NCBI GenBank assembly: GCA_043228905.1
Contig: JBHGNT010000002.1
Span: forward strand, 14,260,001 to 14,324,000
Direction of reading: 5' to 3'
Source of the DNA: Azolla caroliniana
Lineage: Eukaryota > Plantae > Polypodiophyta
DNA: 64,000 nucleotides
Position 1 is the first letter of the stretch; each line of letters begins with the position of its first letter. The notes beneath the pieces are model-generated. The model saw nothing but the letters and a program-made list of their open reading frames with translations. It made no database searches and was not told the DNA's origin. Both the position numbers and the translations under genes were made by a program. This document shows positions 13,982-26,130 of this stretch, in pieces.

Positions 13982-14571
13982 CACACACGTATAGACAGAG
14001 AAGTGCACGGGGACGCGGCCCAACAACACAGGAGACACGAGTTGAGAACACTAGCGTATGTATATAAATGTATGTAGATGACTCGAACTATTACAGTTGA
14101 TCAGGTCGAACTGTTACAGTCGATCAGGTCGGCGAGACGGGTGCCGACGCCTGATCACCCACACACACAGGAGAGCAAGATGGAGATTCTGCCGGAAGCA
14201 CACGGGCATTCCACGGAGCAGGATCAACCTCCTGAGAACCTACACAAAAGAAAGCCATGGAGAGCAACAGAGAAGAGCTCGGTCCCAGTCCGACAACACT
14301 TTGTCCCCTCTAGCACGCGATCCCATCTCTCCCCCCGTCTCCCTCTCCTTTATAGGTCAAGGAGGGAGGCCGTTTCACCCGTTTACATCACATTAATTCT
14401 CTGTCCTTTTGGACAGAGATACTCCTCGATTTCCCTTATAGAATATTGCTACCTAGGATCTAACCTTTGTGCCTACCTATCTACCATATGACAAGGGACG
14501 TGCCCACGTGTAAGGGCTGGCTCACACACATAACACACGGTTTGCGCCTGGGGACGGTTTTCTTCACGACA
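13871..14571 (-). repeat. 3' LTR of Gypsy C (701 bp)
   Basis: Matches 25084-25761 plus a 23-bp internal tandem duplication near 14083-14128. Contains (GA)n; PPT adjacent. Confidence 0.93.
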
Positions 14572-16515
14572 TCCCCCCCCACCTAACCGCGCATCCACCG
14601 GTATGCGCCAAAATTGGGTTCCTACGGGAGAAAACCAATCCTTGCCTTTATTCCTCGTTTACCGGTTCATCCTCCGCCTCGGGCTGCTCGTCATTGCTGT
14701 CCATGCCCCCTAGCTCCGGCTCCCTGTCGTGCCGTTTCTTGAACCCTTTGATCCTCTTCCCCGCTACCGGTATCACCATTCTCGTACCGTCGAGCTCCGC
14801 GAGATGGTACGTCCCATTGGCGTTGGCGTCTGTTACTACGTAAGGCCCGAACCACCTCCTCGCAAACTTCCGCGTGGCCCTGTGCTGATTGTCGAGACTA
14901 CTGTCGTAGACTAGCACCCAGTCTCCTTCCTCGATCTTCCTTGGCTAGAGCCGGTGTGTTCGGTCGAACCGGGCTTTGTTCCTTATCCTCGCTACTCGAA
15001 GTTTCTCCGCGGCTCGTTCTACGTCCTCTGGCCTCCGCTCAAGCTGTCGAATCCGCGCCGCCAACAGTTCCTCCTGGCTCATCTCATCCCTCCAGTCCAC
15101 CGTGGCCCACGAAGAGATCGTTCGCTCTGTTGGCATGATCTGCTTCTGTCCGAACATCAGCTCGGCCGGCATGAACCCGGTTATCGAACTGTGTGTAGTC
15201 CGGTCCGCCCACAAGGCATAAGGTAGCAGCCGTGGCCAGTCCCCAACTCGGCCTCCGCATGCCCGTACTAGCGCTTTGACAATCGGCCCGTGGCCGCGCT
15301 CCACCTTTCCGTTCGCCTCCGGATTGTATGCTGTGGTGAGTGAAAGTTTGACTCCTAGCCGGTCGAACAACTCTTCGGCCTCTTCTACGTCCAACTCACC
15401 ACGGTCAGCCACGATCTTCCCTACGCACCCGTATCGGCATACTACGTCCTCAATCAAAAACCGGCACACGGCCGCCGTTGTCTTGTTCTGCAGGGTTCGG
15501 CCCTCAACCTGGTTCGTTAGATCTTCCCGAGCCAGCACTAGATACCGCATCTGTCCTACCCCCATTGGCATCGTCACCAAATCCACCATCCACTTGAAGT
15601 GGACGGTCGGAGGGTAGGTCGGGTGAAGCTCGTCCCGATGTCGGATCATGGAGTGCACCTGACAGCTTTCGCAAGTCGTCACAAACCGATGCACATCCTG
15701 GTATAGTCCCGGCCACCAGTACTTCCCCTTTAGCTTTTCGAACGTGGCCCACGTTCCACGGTGTCCAGCCCACGGGCTATCGTGGTACACCGCCAGCAAA
15801 TCGTCCTGTTCCTCCTTCTTCGCCACCACTCGGAGCGGGATGCCGTTCCTCTTCTTCGGGTGCTTCCAGATGTATCCGTCCCGGAGAAAGAATCGGTAGG
15901 CTTTCTTCCGAATCCGGTTGGGCTCGTCCGTTGTCCATGCCACGTCTGATGTCATTGTTTTCAGGAACCCGCCGATCTGCAGCCACTCCCCGTCGTACTT
16001 GCTCTCATCGAAGTCGTTAAGCGTTGGAGAGAATTCCCCGTTGGTTGTCACGTAAGCCGCCTCGAAGAAGTCCACGCCGACTTCCTCGTCCTCTGAAACC
16101 ATGCCGCCGTCGTTTTCGAACCTCGCCCTTGAAAGCATGTCGGCCATGGCGTTATCTTTCCCGGAAATGTGTCGTATTTCCCGATTCAGGGACTTGATGT
16201 ACGCTATCCACCTGAGCATTGCCAGGTCCGGCGTCGCGCATCCGGAAACCATGCCAAGAATCGGCAGGCAGTCCGTCTCGATAACTACCTCTGCCTCGAT
16301 CAGGTAGTCTTTGTCGGCCTTTACTGCCGAAACGATACGCTACAGCTCGTGTTTAACCTGGGCGTATCCTCGTTGTCGCTCGCTGAGGACCTTCGCGCCG
16401 AACCGGATCGGGGAACGCATGCCGTCCTCGTCTTCCTGGTTGATGACCCATCCGATCCCGGTTGGACTCGTGTCTACCGTTACGTAAATTGGAGTGCTCT
16501 TTCCGTAGACAGCCT

Positions 16516-17218
16516 TGTTGAAAACGGTGCTCGGCCACAACCGAGGAATAGGATCAACTCACAGAAAACAGGAAATAGAAAATGCACAAAGACAATAGAG
16601 AGAAGAGTACACAGGATGTTTTACGTGGAAAACCGTAAATGGGAAAAACCACGGGAGTCCTCAGACTCCAACTATCACTATAAACAGAGATGTACAATGG
16701 TGAAGCTACAAGGCAACAACCTTGAGCTCACTGTCTTCGCCACAGGCGGCGGTAATACACAGAGGCAACGACCTCTTCGTCTCTCTCTCTCACTCTCTCT
16801 CTCTCTCGGCTGCTCTCTTCACTCTTGCACACATAAGAGTAGCAATACACAATACGAACAGCAGTACTAAACAGTTTGCCCTAAGTCATATTTATACACA
16901 TATGACTTTCGGGCTATTTACAAATATAGCCTCAAGGGCCCTTGGCAAACATATTCACAAATCTGTCCCCGCATCCGGATCTCACTCCAGGTACATTCGT
17001 CATCCGGCTCCGCAGCCGGGGTCTTCATCATCCGGCTCCGTAGCCGGGGTCTTCATCATCCGGCTCCGTAGCCGGGTAGGGCGGGCGCGAAGCGGTTTTC
17101 ATCATCATGCATGGGGTCTTCATCATCCGGCTCCGGAACCGTGTCTTCATCATTCGGGTCTTCATTCCCGATTTCCGGACATCCGACCATCCCATCCGGA
17201 GGGACCGTAATCCCAACA
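16516..17218 (-). repeat. 3' LTR of element D (703 bp)
   Basis: TGTTG...CAACA termini, 28-bp tandem units near 17004-17075, adjacent PPT. Confidence 0.95.
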
Positions 17219-17228
17219 AACTCCCCCT

Positions 17229-20200
17229 TCACTTCGGCATGGGATGTCTCTCCAATCCGATCATCGTCCGGCAGGCTTCCAGCTTGTCGGGTGTGAGCAC
17301 CTTGGTCAGCATATCCGACCCGTTCTCGTCCGTGTGGATCTTCGTCAGCACGAACTCCTTGTCATCTATCCTTTCCCGGATCCAGTGATATCTTCGCTGG
17401 ATGTGCTTCGTCCGGGAGTGATAGGCCGCGTTCTTTGCAAGGTGGATGGCACTCTGACTGTCGCAGTAGAGTCGGTACTCCTCCTGCCGGATACCGAGCT
17501 CTCTAATGAAGTCCTTCATCCATATTATTTCTTTGCCGGCTTCAACAGCCGCCATGTACTCCGCCTCCGTGGTTGACAATGCAACCGTCTTCTGCAGCCT
17601 CGACTGCCACGAAACAGCTCCCCCTGCATACGTCATCACATACCCTGATGTGGACCGGCTGGTGTCTGCATCAGCCGACATATCCGAATCGGTAAAGCCG
17701 TCGAGTTCGGGCTAACCGAAGCCGAATCGGAGGCACACGTTCGAAGTGCCCTTTAAGTATCGGAGTATCCATTTGACCGCGTTCCAGTGCTCCTTGCCGG
17801 GATTACTCATATACCGGCTCACCACTCCGACTGCGTATCCAATGTCCAGTCGGGTACACACCATTGCGTACATCAAGCTCCCGACGGCAGAGGCATATGG
17901 TATTTTCATCATGTCCTCCTTCTCAGCCTTTGTCTTGGGACTTTGCTTGCCGGATAACTTGCAGTTTGCCGGGAGGGTCGATCCGACCGGTCTTGCTTCC
18001 GACATGTTTAACCGGTGAAGTACCTTTGTCACGTACTTCTCCTGTGACAGCCACAACTGCTTCTTCTTCCGGTTCCGGATGATGTGCATCCCTAGTATTT
18101 GCCTCGCCGGACCCAGGTCCTTCATTGAGAAGGTTCGGTGAAGCGCTTTCTTCAGCATCCGTATCTTGACCTGGTCCCGTCTGACAATCAACATGTCGTC
18201 CACGTACAGGAGGAGTATTAGAAAGTCTCCTTCTTCGAACTTCTTCACAAACACGCAGTGATCGGACTGCGTTTTGTGGTACCCTTCGTCGGTCATGAAA
18301 GAGTCGAACTTCCGGTACCATTGCCGGGGAGCCTGCTTCAGTCCGTAAAGGCTCTTCTTCAACCGGCATACCAGGTGCTCCTTCCCTTTCTTCTCGAATC
18401 CTTCCGGTTGCTGCATGTAGATCTCTTCTTCGAGGTCACCGTGAAGGAATGTCGTCTTCACGTCCATCTGTTCTACCTCGAGGTCCATGCTTGCCGCTAT
18501 GCTTAGCACCGTATGGATGGAGGTCATCTTCACTACCGGGGCAAATATCTCGTCGAAGTCGACGCCCTTCTTCTGCTGGAACCCCTTCACCACGATCCTG
18601 GCTTTGTATCTCGGGGGGTTGTCGGCATCTCCCGGTTTCAGCTTGAACACCCACTTGTTTTGAAGTGCCCGTTTTCCTTTCGGCAACTCCACAAGTTCAT
18701 ATGTGTGGTTCTCATGCAGGGAATCCATCTCCTCCTGCATGGCACTTAACCACCTGCGGCTATGGGTGTCAAGCTTTGCTTCTTCAAAACTCTCCGGCTC
18801 CCCCTCGTCGGTTAGTAGCACGTGCTCTGGTTCTAGAAATCTCCGGGGGGCCCTTCTCTCTCTTAGAGGATATCTCCGTTCCGGAGCTTCGGTAACCGGC
18901 TCCTCCGTTTCCTCTTCATCCGAATCCATTTCGGGATCGGGGCCGGTTCCGGTATTAGTTTCATCTTCCTCGGCCGGTTCTGTTTCTTCACCGTCTTCGG
19001 CCGGATCCTCGAGTGCTAACCGGTCCCTTGCCGGTCGGGACTGCTCCTCGTAGAGTTGATCCTCACCGGTCGACTTGGAGCTCTTCATCTTCTTCTCCGA
19101 CTCCCAGTCGGCGAGTGTCTTGTCCTCCATGAAGATGATATCTCGACTCCTGAATATCTTCTTGTCGACCGGGTCCCATACTCGGTAGCCGAACTCGTCG
19201 TCGCCGTAACCGAGGAATATGCATGGACGGGTCTTTGGATCTAGCTTTCCTCTCCGGTCCTTTGCCACATGCACATATGCGAGACACCCGAATACCTTCA
19301 GATGCCGGTAGGATACTTCCCTACCGGTCCACACTCTCTGCGGCGTGTCTCCGTGCAAAGGTACTGAGGGTGATCTGTTTATCACGTATGTCGCCGTCGA
19401 CATTGCCTCAGCCCAAAACCCCTTGGGTAATTTCGCATGCGCCAGCATACTCCGGACCCTCTCCATTATGGTCCGGTTCATCCTCTCGGCCAGCCCGTTC
19501 AGTTCCGGCGTCTTCGGCACAGTAAACTCGAGCCGGATTCCCTTCGAGCGACAGTACTCCTCGAACTGCCCCCGGTATTCCCCTCCGTTATCCGCTCGTA
19601 TCGCTTTCAGCTTCTTGCCGGATTCTCTTTCCACTCTCGCGTGGAGTTCTTTGAAGACGGACAACACTTGGTCCTTTGTCTTCAGCGGTGCCGTCCACAG
19701 CTTCCGGCTGTGGTCATCAATGAATGTCACGAAGTACTGGGCTCCGCCATGTGACTTTGTTTCTACTTGACACACGTCAGTGTGCACCAACTCCAATGGT
19801 ACACTGCGTCTCATCGGCGGTCTTGAGCGAAAGGAGGTCCGGTTTTGCTTACCGGCCAGACAGTCGGTACACTTCCCCAAGTGTACGTGCTTTACCGGTA
19901 TCAGGTTGTCTTCGGCAAGCCTCTTCATCCCCTTCTCGCTCATGTGGCACAGTCTCTTGTGCCACAGCTCACCGGCAGTGTCAGCTGCCACGTTCAGCTC
20001 CTCCGGACATAGCCGTGAATTCATCAGGTACAGTGTGTTGACCTTCCGGGCCCGAGCCACTATCAGGCTCCCTTTGCTGAACTTCATGACACCGTTCCGG
20101 ATGCTACCCGTGTAGCCTTCATCGTCTAGCCTCCCGGCCGAAATCAGGTTCAATCGAACCTCCGGAACGTGTCAGACATCCTTCAGCAGCATCTTGCATC

Positions 20201-21302
20201 CGGTTGATGTCATCAGCCACACGTCTCCTATGCCGGCAATCCGGCATGTACCTTCATTTCCCATCCGGACACAGCCGTGCTCACCGGCTGTGTAGGATGA
20301 GAAGTATTTCTTCTCCGGGGTCAGGTGGAACGACGCTCCGGAATCGACCACCCAGGTCATCTCTTCACCGGCAAGGTTCAGCTCCCTCTCTTCGGTAATG
20401 AGCATTATCTCTTCTTCACTTGCCGCGAGTGCCGCCGTTCCTTTCCGGTCCTGCCCTCGCCGATCCGGACATCTCCGGTCCGTGGCTCCCCGGTATGCAC
20501 TGTTTCGCTCCGGTGACTTCTTCGAATCGGTACCGTCGGTTCCGTTGTCTTTCCGGAAATGCCGACAGTTCTTCTGGAAGTGCCCCGGCTTCCCACAGTA
20601 GAAGCATGTAGGTCTTCCCCTCGACTGCGACCGTGTCCCCGACTTCTCCCGTCTTTGCGGACTCCGGTTCCGTTGTCTTCCCCGTTCCGATTCGGTAAGC
20701 AGCGCCTTCGAGTCGGAGGCCGGTTCTTTATCTCTCCGACGCGCTTCTTCATTTAGAATACTTGTCTTTACCGTTAGTAAAGACAAGTTCTCTTCCTTAC
20801 AGGAGGTGCTAAGAGTAACTACCAAGTTCTCCCAGCTCTCCGGAAGGGTACACATCAGCATGATGGCTTGCATTGCGTCATCCAACGGGAACTTGATCGC
20901 CGCAAGCTGGTTCACGAATCCCATGAACGTGCTGACGTGTTCGACCATGCTCTCGCCGTCCCGGTACTTAAGATTCACTATCTTCCTCATCAGGGAGGTC
21001 CGGGTCAGAGCATTCTTCCTCTCATACAGTCCGGACAGCTTCTGCCACATCTCATAGGCGTTCGTATCGTTCGCCACATGTTGCAGAACACTTACATCGA
21101 CATATTGCCGGATCGTCGCTACGGCTTTCCGGTTCAGGAGCTTCCACTCCGACTCTATTACCCCCTTGGGTATCTCGGCATTGTCGATCGGTTCGTACAG
21201 GTCTCGGACGATGAGAAGGTCTTCCATCTTTATCTTCCAGTCGGTGTAGTTCTGTGAGTTCAACACCATCATGCCCGGAGGCCCACTACCGCCGCCTTCC
21301 AT
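17229..21302 (-). pseudogene. Element D gag-pol polyprotein, single frame with two in-frame stops (20172-20174, 17712-17714)
   Basis: ATG at 21302 (MEGGGSG); CFYCGKPGHFQKNC; WVVDSGASFH; WHKRLCH; integrase core; RT LLLYVDDML; RNase H ALSTTEAEY...RTKHIQRRYH. Confidence 0.95.
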
Positions 21303-21332
21303 TTTCTGTGTTAACGTCGCTCTGATACCACT

Positions 21333-21597
21333 TGTTAACCACACAGTGCTCGGCCACAACCGAGGAATAGGATCAACTTACAGAAAACAGGAAATACAAA
21401 ATGCACGAAGACAATAGAGAGAAGAGTACACAGGATGTTTTACGTGGAAAACCCTAAATGGGAAAAACCACGGGAGTCCTCAGACTCCAACTATCACTAT
21501 AAACAGAGATGTACAATGGTGAAGCTACAAGGCAACAACCTTGAGCTCACTGTCTTCGCCACAGGCGGCGGTAATACACAGAGGCAACGACCTCTTC

Positions 21598-21628
<31 letters not shown>

Positions 21629-21958
21629 CTGCTCTCTTCACTCTTGCACACATAAGAGTAGCAATACACAATACGAACAACAGTACTAAACAGTTTGCCC
21701 TAAGTCATATTTATACACATATGACTTTCGGGCTATTTACAAATATAGCCTCAAGGGCCCTTGGCAAACATATTCACAAATCTGTCCCCGCATCCGGATC
21801 TCACTCCGGGTACATTCGTCATCCGGCTCCGCAGCCGGGGTCTTCATCATCCGGCTCCGTAGCCGGGGTCTTCATCATCCGGGTCTTCATCATTCGGGTC
21901 TTCATTCCCGATTTCCGGACATCCGACCATCCCATCCGGAGGGACCGTAATCCCAACA
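21333..21958 (-). repeat. 5' LTR of element D (626 bp)
   Basis: Matches 16516-17218; followed on the minus strand by AG + TGGTATCAGAGC. Confidence 0.95.
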
Positions 21959-24900
21959 AGCCTTTCGGAGCGTCGGAGCCGCGGCAAGTGCTTCCTTCAT
22001 CTTCCGGACAAACTCCGTATGCTCGTCTCTCCACTCGAATCTTCGCCCCTTTTTCAGCAACCCGTATAACGGCTCCGCGACGTGAGCGTAATGCGGGATC
22101 CATATGTGGTAGAACGCGCACGCTCCCAAGAACCTCCGTGACCGAGCTGCAGTCGTTCTTCATCGCAGCGATGGCTTCTACCTTAGCCGGAGACGGTTTC
22201 CGGCCGTATGGCCCGCATAGGTGTTCGACGACCATGATCTCTAATTGCCCAAAGGCCGACTTTCCCCCGGAGAAGGTGAGCCTCGCTCCCTCCAACCTCT
22301 GCAGCACCTTCTCGCAGTCGTCGATGTGCATCGCCACGAATTTCCGACATCCGTCCGGTCTGATCGTCTCGTCCCTTTCCTCCACCGGGCATCCCTTGAT
22401 CGGGACGTCGTCCAAAACCGGCATGGTGATGTCCGGGATACAATCCCTCAGCACTTTGTTCATTGCGTTCACCATGTGAGCCACCGGGTTCGTCCCTCCT
22501 TGCGGCAGGGTACACATCCGTACTAGGCCGAGAGGAGTTCGCATTGTCGTGATGTCTCTGCTCTCTATGGCAAGCTGGAACTGATCGTACCCCGAGTAGA
22601 GATCACCGACCGAGTAAATCGACCTTCCGGCGAAGGCCTCCGCGAACTCGTCTATTGACGGTCCGATTCCTGCGTTTCAAATGGTCACCTTGTTGACCGG
22701 CTGCAGGTCTTGAATAAAGCGCAACGTGCCGTCCTTCTTCGGCATGGTAAACCACCGATTCGAGTACGGGGCACTCGACGGTTCGAGGATTCCCATCTCG
22801 ACCTTCTGCCTTAACAGCTCCATCAACTTCGGGATGTGAGCTCTGGGTACTGGAATCGGTTTGAGACTCCACGACACATGCAGTACCGTGAATATCACTA
22901 TCGGTTCCACAACTGTCGGGTCTACGCACCCGATCTCCTCCGGTGAGAATGCGAAAGCCTTCCCGTGCCTTCCGAGCATTTCCCGAAAACGGTCCTCTTC
23001 CGCCAGTAGTAGGAAGCCGCCCCCACCGATTTTGAGCTCGTGTAGCGTTATGTCGGTGAACATGTGTCCTATGCGGGCCGGATTTCGTTAACTAGGGTCC
23101 GACGCAACCCCCTTTAATCGCAACTCGCTGCCCCCCGGCAAGGGAGCCGCGACTGGCCTCACCTTCCGGTCCACAGTCTTGTACTTCGTGTCCACCCAGG
23201 CCGTCCGATCCGACTCGAGCCCTCTACAGAAGTCGGCGATGACTTCGTATATCCTTTCCGAACATACCGGAATCGTCCGGTCCTCTTTAAGGACTCCTCC
23301 GAGTACCTCTCACAGCTCCCCCAAGGTATCGTCGAAAGAGACTGCCTCCACGGCTCCGTTAATTTCCTCTCCGAGGCCGAGGATACCACATGGCCGAAGT
23401 TGCTCCTCTGCCCTTTTCTTCTTCCGTCCAACAACATCGACTATCGTACACCCTCCGTTGTCGGAGAACCAAAATTTCCTACTTATAGTACAGGTCTTCT
23501 CCGCTATCGTACATTTGTGGGGTTTTCCCGAAGTGTTCGGACTATCGTGGCCCCACGCCTTGATAGCCCTCTCTAAAAATCCTCTCGGCTTTCGCCCCCG
23601 AGGGTCTCGCGGTTCCGCTCATGGTTCGGTCTCACCGTCAGGAACTGGACCGAGTGACGCCCATCCTTGGTCGAGCCGTTGTCCAGCACCTTGGTCTCCA
23701 TCCGTGCTGCCGTGATGTACGGTTCTCCTAGTATAGTGGCTCTCCGCCAACTCGTCTTCCAGCGCCATGTCCTCTATGTGCGTCGTCCGCACCTCCACCG
23801 ACTTCTCCGGTTCTATCTCCGTCGACAGCCTCTTCCTCTTCACCAAGTCTATGATGGAGTCGTGCAACTCCTTCCTGGCGATCCCAAGCACTTCCCTCAG
23901 CGACAGTTCCACCTTGCTGTCGAGGATTTGTTCCTCCAGGACCTTCGCAGGTCCATGGATCTTTCGATTTCTGTGCCCAACCGGTACCCGCCCAGCTTGG
24001 GATTATCCTGGGCGCCAAGTACACCGGCCTCATTCCGCCTTTGCCCAAATCGAGTTTCATATCGCTGCGAGGGCCCGGCCTCTCCGGTTTTCCCTACCCG
24101 CTTGTCCTCTACCAGAGCCTCGTAGTTTTGACAAGCGGCTTCGACGAAGGCCGTCTTTTCTTCCACCGGGTCACTCCACCGGGTTACCTCCCGGACCCGT
24201 TTTTCCGCGCGGTCCACCTCTTCTTTCCTCAGCCGCGCGCCGTCGATGCCTTCCAGCATCGTCGGCCAAAACCTGGCTTTGTTCATCTTCGGGGCCTTGC
24301 CACCTCTGACCCGAATACCAGCTGACGCCGAGTAGTGGACGGTCTCCGCGTGACGAGTCGTTGCCTCCTCCAGCAGCCTTTTCATGCCCCCTCGCCTGAC
24401 GTTCAGGTTCAGGGCCCTTCGGGTCTCGCTGGCGTGCACCCGACCGTCCCACAGGTACACCACGTTGCTTCTCATCACCTCGGCGAAGTCCCCGCAGTCC
24501 TTTCGGATGTGCCCAACCGCGTCACACCACATGCACCTGTTTCCCGCCAGAGGTCGTCGGTCACGGGCCTGTTCGCCACCATTCCTCCGTGCCTGGGCGA
24601 TCTGGAGATCCTTTACCATCCGCGTCAGTTCCTCCAGAGCTGCTTCCTCCATGCCGGTCGAAGCCAATCCAGTCTCGAGCCAATCTCGGGTCTCTTCCCT
24701 TCGCGCTGGTGGTGTTGGCTCGAGCTTCCTTCCTGCGACAGAGCCGACCTTCGAATTCCTTCCAGGTCTGGCTCTCGGCCCATACCTCGAGCACCTCCGT
24801 ATGGATGCCCGGCATCGCCACTCGAGGGAATCCGGCTAAATGCCTCTCTTCCGGAATGTCCCTCATTACCATCTCAGCCCGGTAGGACGCCAAGTAGCTT

Positions 24901-25062
24901 GTGGCATCCTTCCCACTAAACCGGTCGATCGTACCAACAACCACCTCGATAGCCCTATCAAGGGCGCTAGTGCCTTCACGCGCACTCACTATACGGTCCA
25001 CAGCCGAAGCCATGGCTTCTGCAAGGTCCGACCCCCTCATCTTCTACTCCTCTTCCGCCTCT

Positions 25063-25079
25063 TCACGTCGGGTTCACCA
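25063..25079 (-). promoter_or_regulatory. PBS complementary to tRNA-Trp (Gypsy C)
   Basis: Minus strand TGGTGAACCCGACGTGA, 4 nt from the LTR end; resembles the classic Trp PBS TGGTGACCCCGACGTGA. Confidence 0.8.
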
Positions 25080-25083
25080 AATA

Positions 25084-25161
25084 TGTCGCATTGTTACGCG
25101 CGTCCGTGGAGAACAAGGCGGGACCACTGGGGTCTTGAACCGAGGAATAGGTGAGAAGAGG

Positions 25162-25192
<31 letters not shown>

Positions 25193-25761
25193 CTCACACA
25201 CGTATAGACAGAGAAGTGCACGGGGACGCAGCCCAACAACACAGGAGACACGAGTTGAGAACACTAGCGTATGTATATAAATGTATGCAGATGACTCGAA
25301 CTGTTACAGCCGATCAGGTCGGCGAGATGGGTGCCGACGCCTGATCACCCACGCACACAGGAGAGCAAGATGGAGATTCTGCCGGAAGCACACAGGCGTT
25401 CCACGGAGCAGGATCAACCTCCTGAGAACCTACACAAAAGAAAGCTATGGAGAGCAACATAGAAGAGCTCGGTCCCAGTCCGACAGCACTTCGTCCCCTC
25501 TAGCGCGCGATCCCATCTCTCCCCCCGTCTCCCTCTCCTTTATAGGTCAAGGAGGGAGGCCGTTTCACCCGTTTACATCACATTAATTCTTTGTCCTTTT
25601 GGACAGAGATACTCCTCGATTTCCCTTATAGAATATTGCTACCTAGGATCTAACCTTTGTGCCTACCTATCTACCATACGACAAGGGACGTGCCCACGTG
25701 TAAGGGCTGGCTCACACACATAACACACGGTTTGCGCCTGGGGACGGTTTTCTTCACGACA
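25084..25761 (-). repeat. 5' LTR of Gypsy C (678 bp)
   Basis: Matches 13871-14571; PBS adjacent. Confidence 0.93.
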
Positions 25762-26130
25762 ACACAGGAGAGACAGAGAGAGAGAGAGAGAGCAAGACAC
25801 ACTATTTTTCAAAATTATATGAATACTCTGTGCTCTGTATCTACAACGCGCTCATCAGCGCTATTTATACGAGTCCACACGGGACTGTTAGAAGTACGGT
25901 GTACTTCAATGCTCACACGATCATCTGACATTAACTACGAGACTATAACTGCCTAGTAGTCTAACCTATACTAGGCTTCCGGTTACGGATTGGATCCGGC
26001 ATACCGGCTCCCCAGCTCACCGGTCCTTACTGCTTACCGGCTCGGTTGGTCACCAGCATACCGATTCATCTTGCTTACCAGCTCAGGCTTATTCAGCCGA
26101 TCCGGCTCCGGTTGAGCTTGCCGCTCAACA

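Larger units (their letters stand above)
16516..21958 (-). mobile_element. Full-length Tork/Tnt1-like Ty1/copia element D, TSD AGCCT; youngest element of the nest
   Basis: AGCCT at 16511-16515 and 21959-21963. LTRs 16516-17218 and 21333-21958, PBS-Met 21319-21330, PPT 17219-17231. Confidence 0.96.
14648..25040 (-). pseudogene. Gypsy C gag-pol (pieces 14648-16515 and 21959-25040), degenerate
   Basis: Gag (IDRFSGKDATSYL; CMWCDAVGHIRKDC); RT (YSNRWFTMPKKDGTLRFIQDLQPVN, LPQGGTN, VLDDV); RH (VTVDTSPTGIGW); INT (HDSPWAGHRG, CESCQ, YNPEANGKVERGH, RWFGPY). Confidence 0.92.
13871..25761 (-). mobile_element. Ty3/Gypsy element C (non-chromovirus, possibly Phygy-like), tRNA-Trp primed, 4-bp TSD
   Basis: LTRs 13871-14571 and 25084-25761 (TGTCG...CGACA). 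Flanks ACGT/ACAC are both one transition from ACGC. PPT 14572-14588; gag, RT, RH and INT on the minus strand. Confidence 0.93.

Noticed and set aside
21541-22479. 312-aa plus-strand ORF, and similar ORFs such as 16169-16870, 59673-60308 and 8443-9099
   Set aside because: These are antisense or shadow frames across LTRs, microsatellites and GC-rich pol. Several span insertion junctions and none shows a domain motif.
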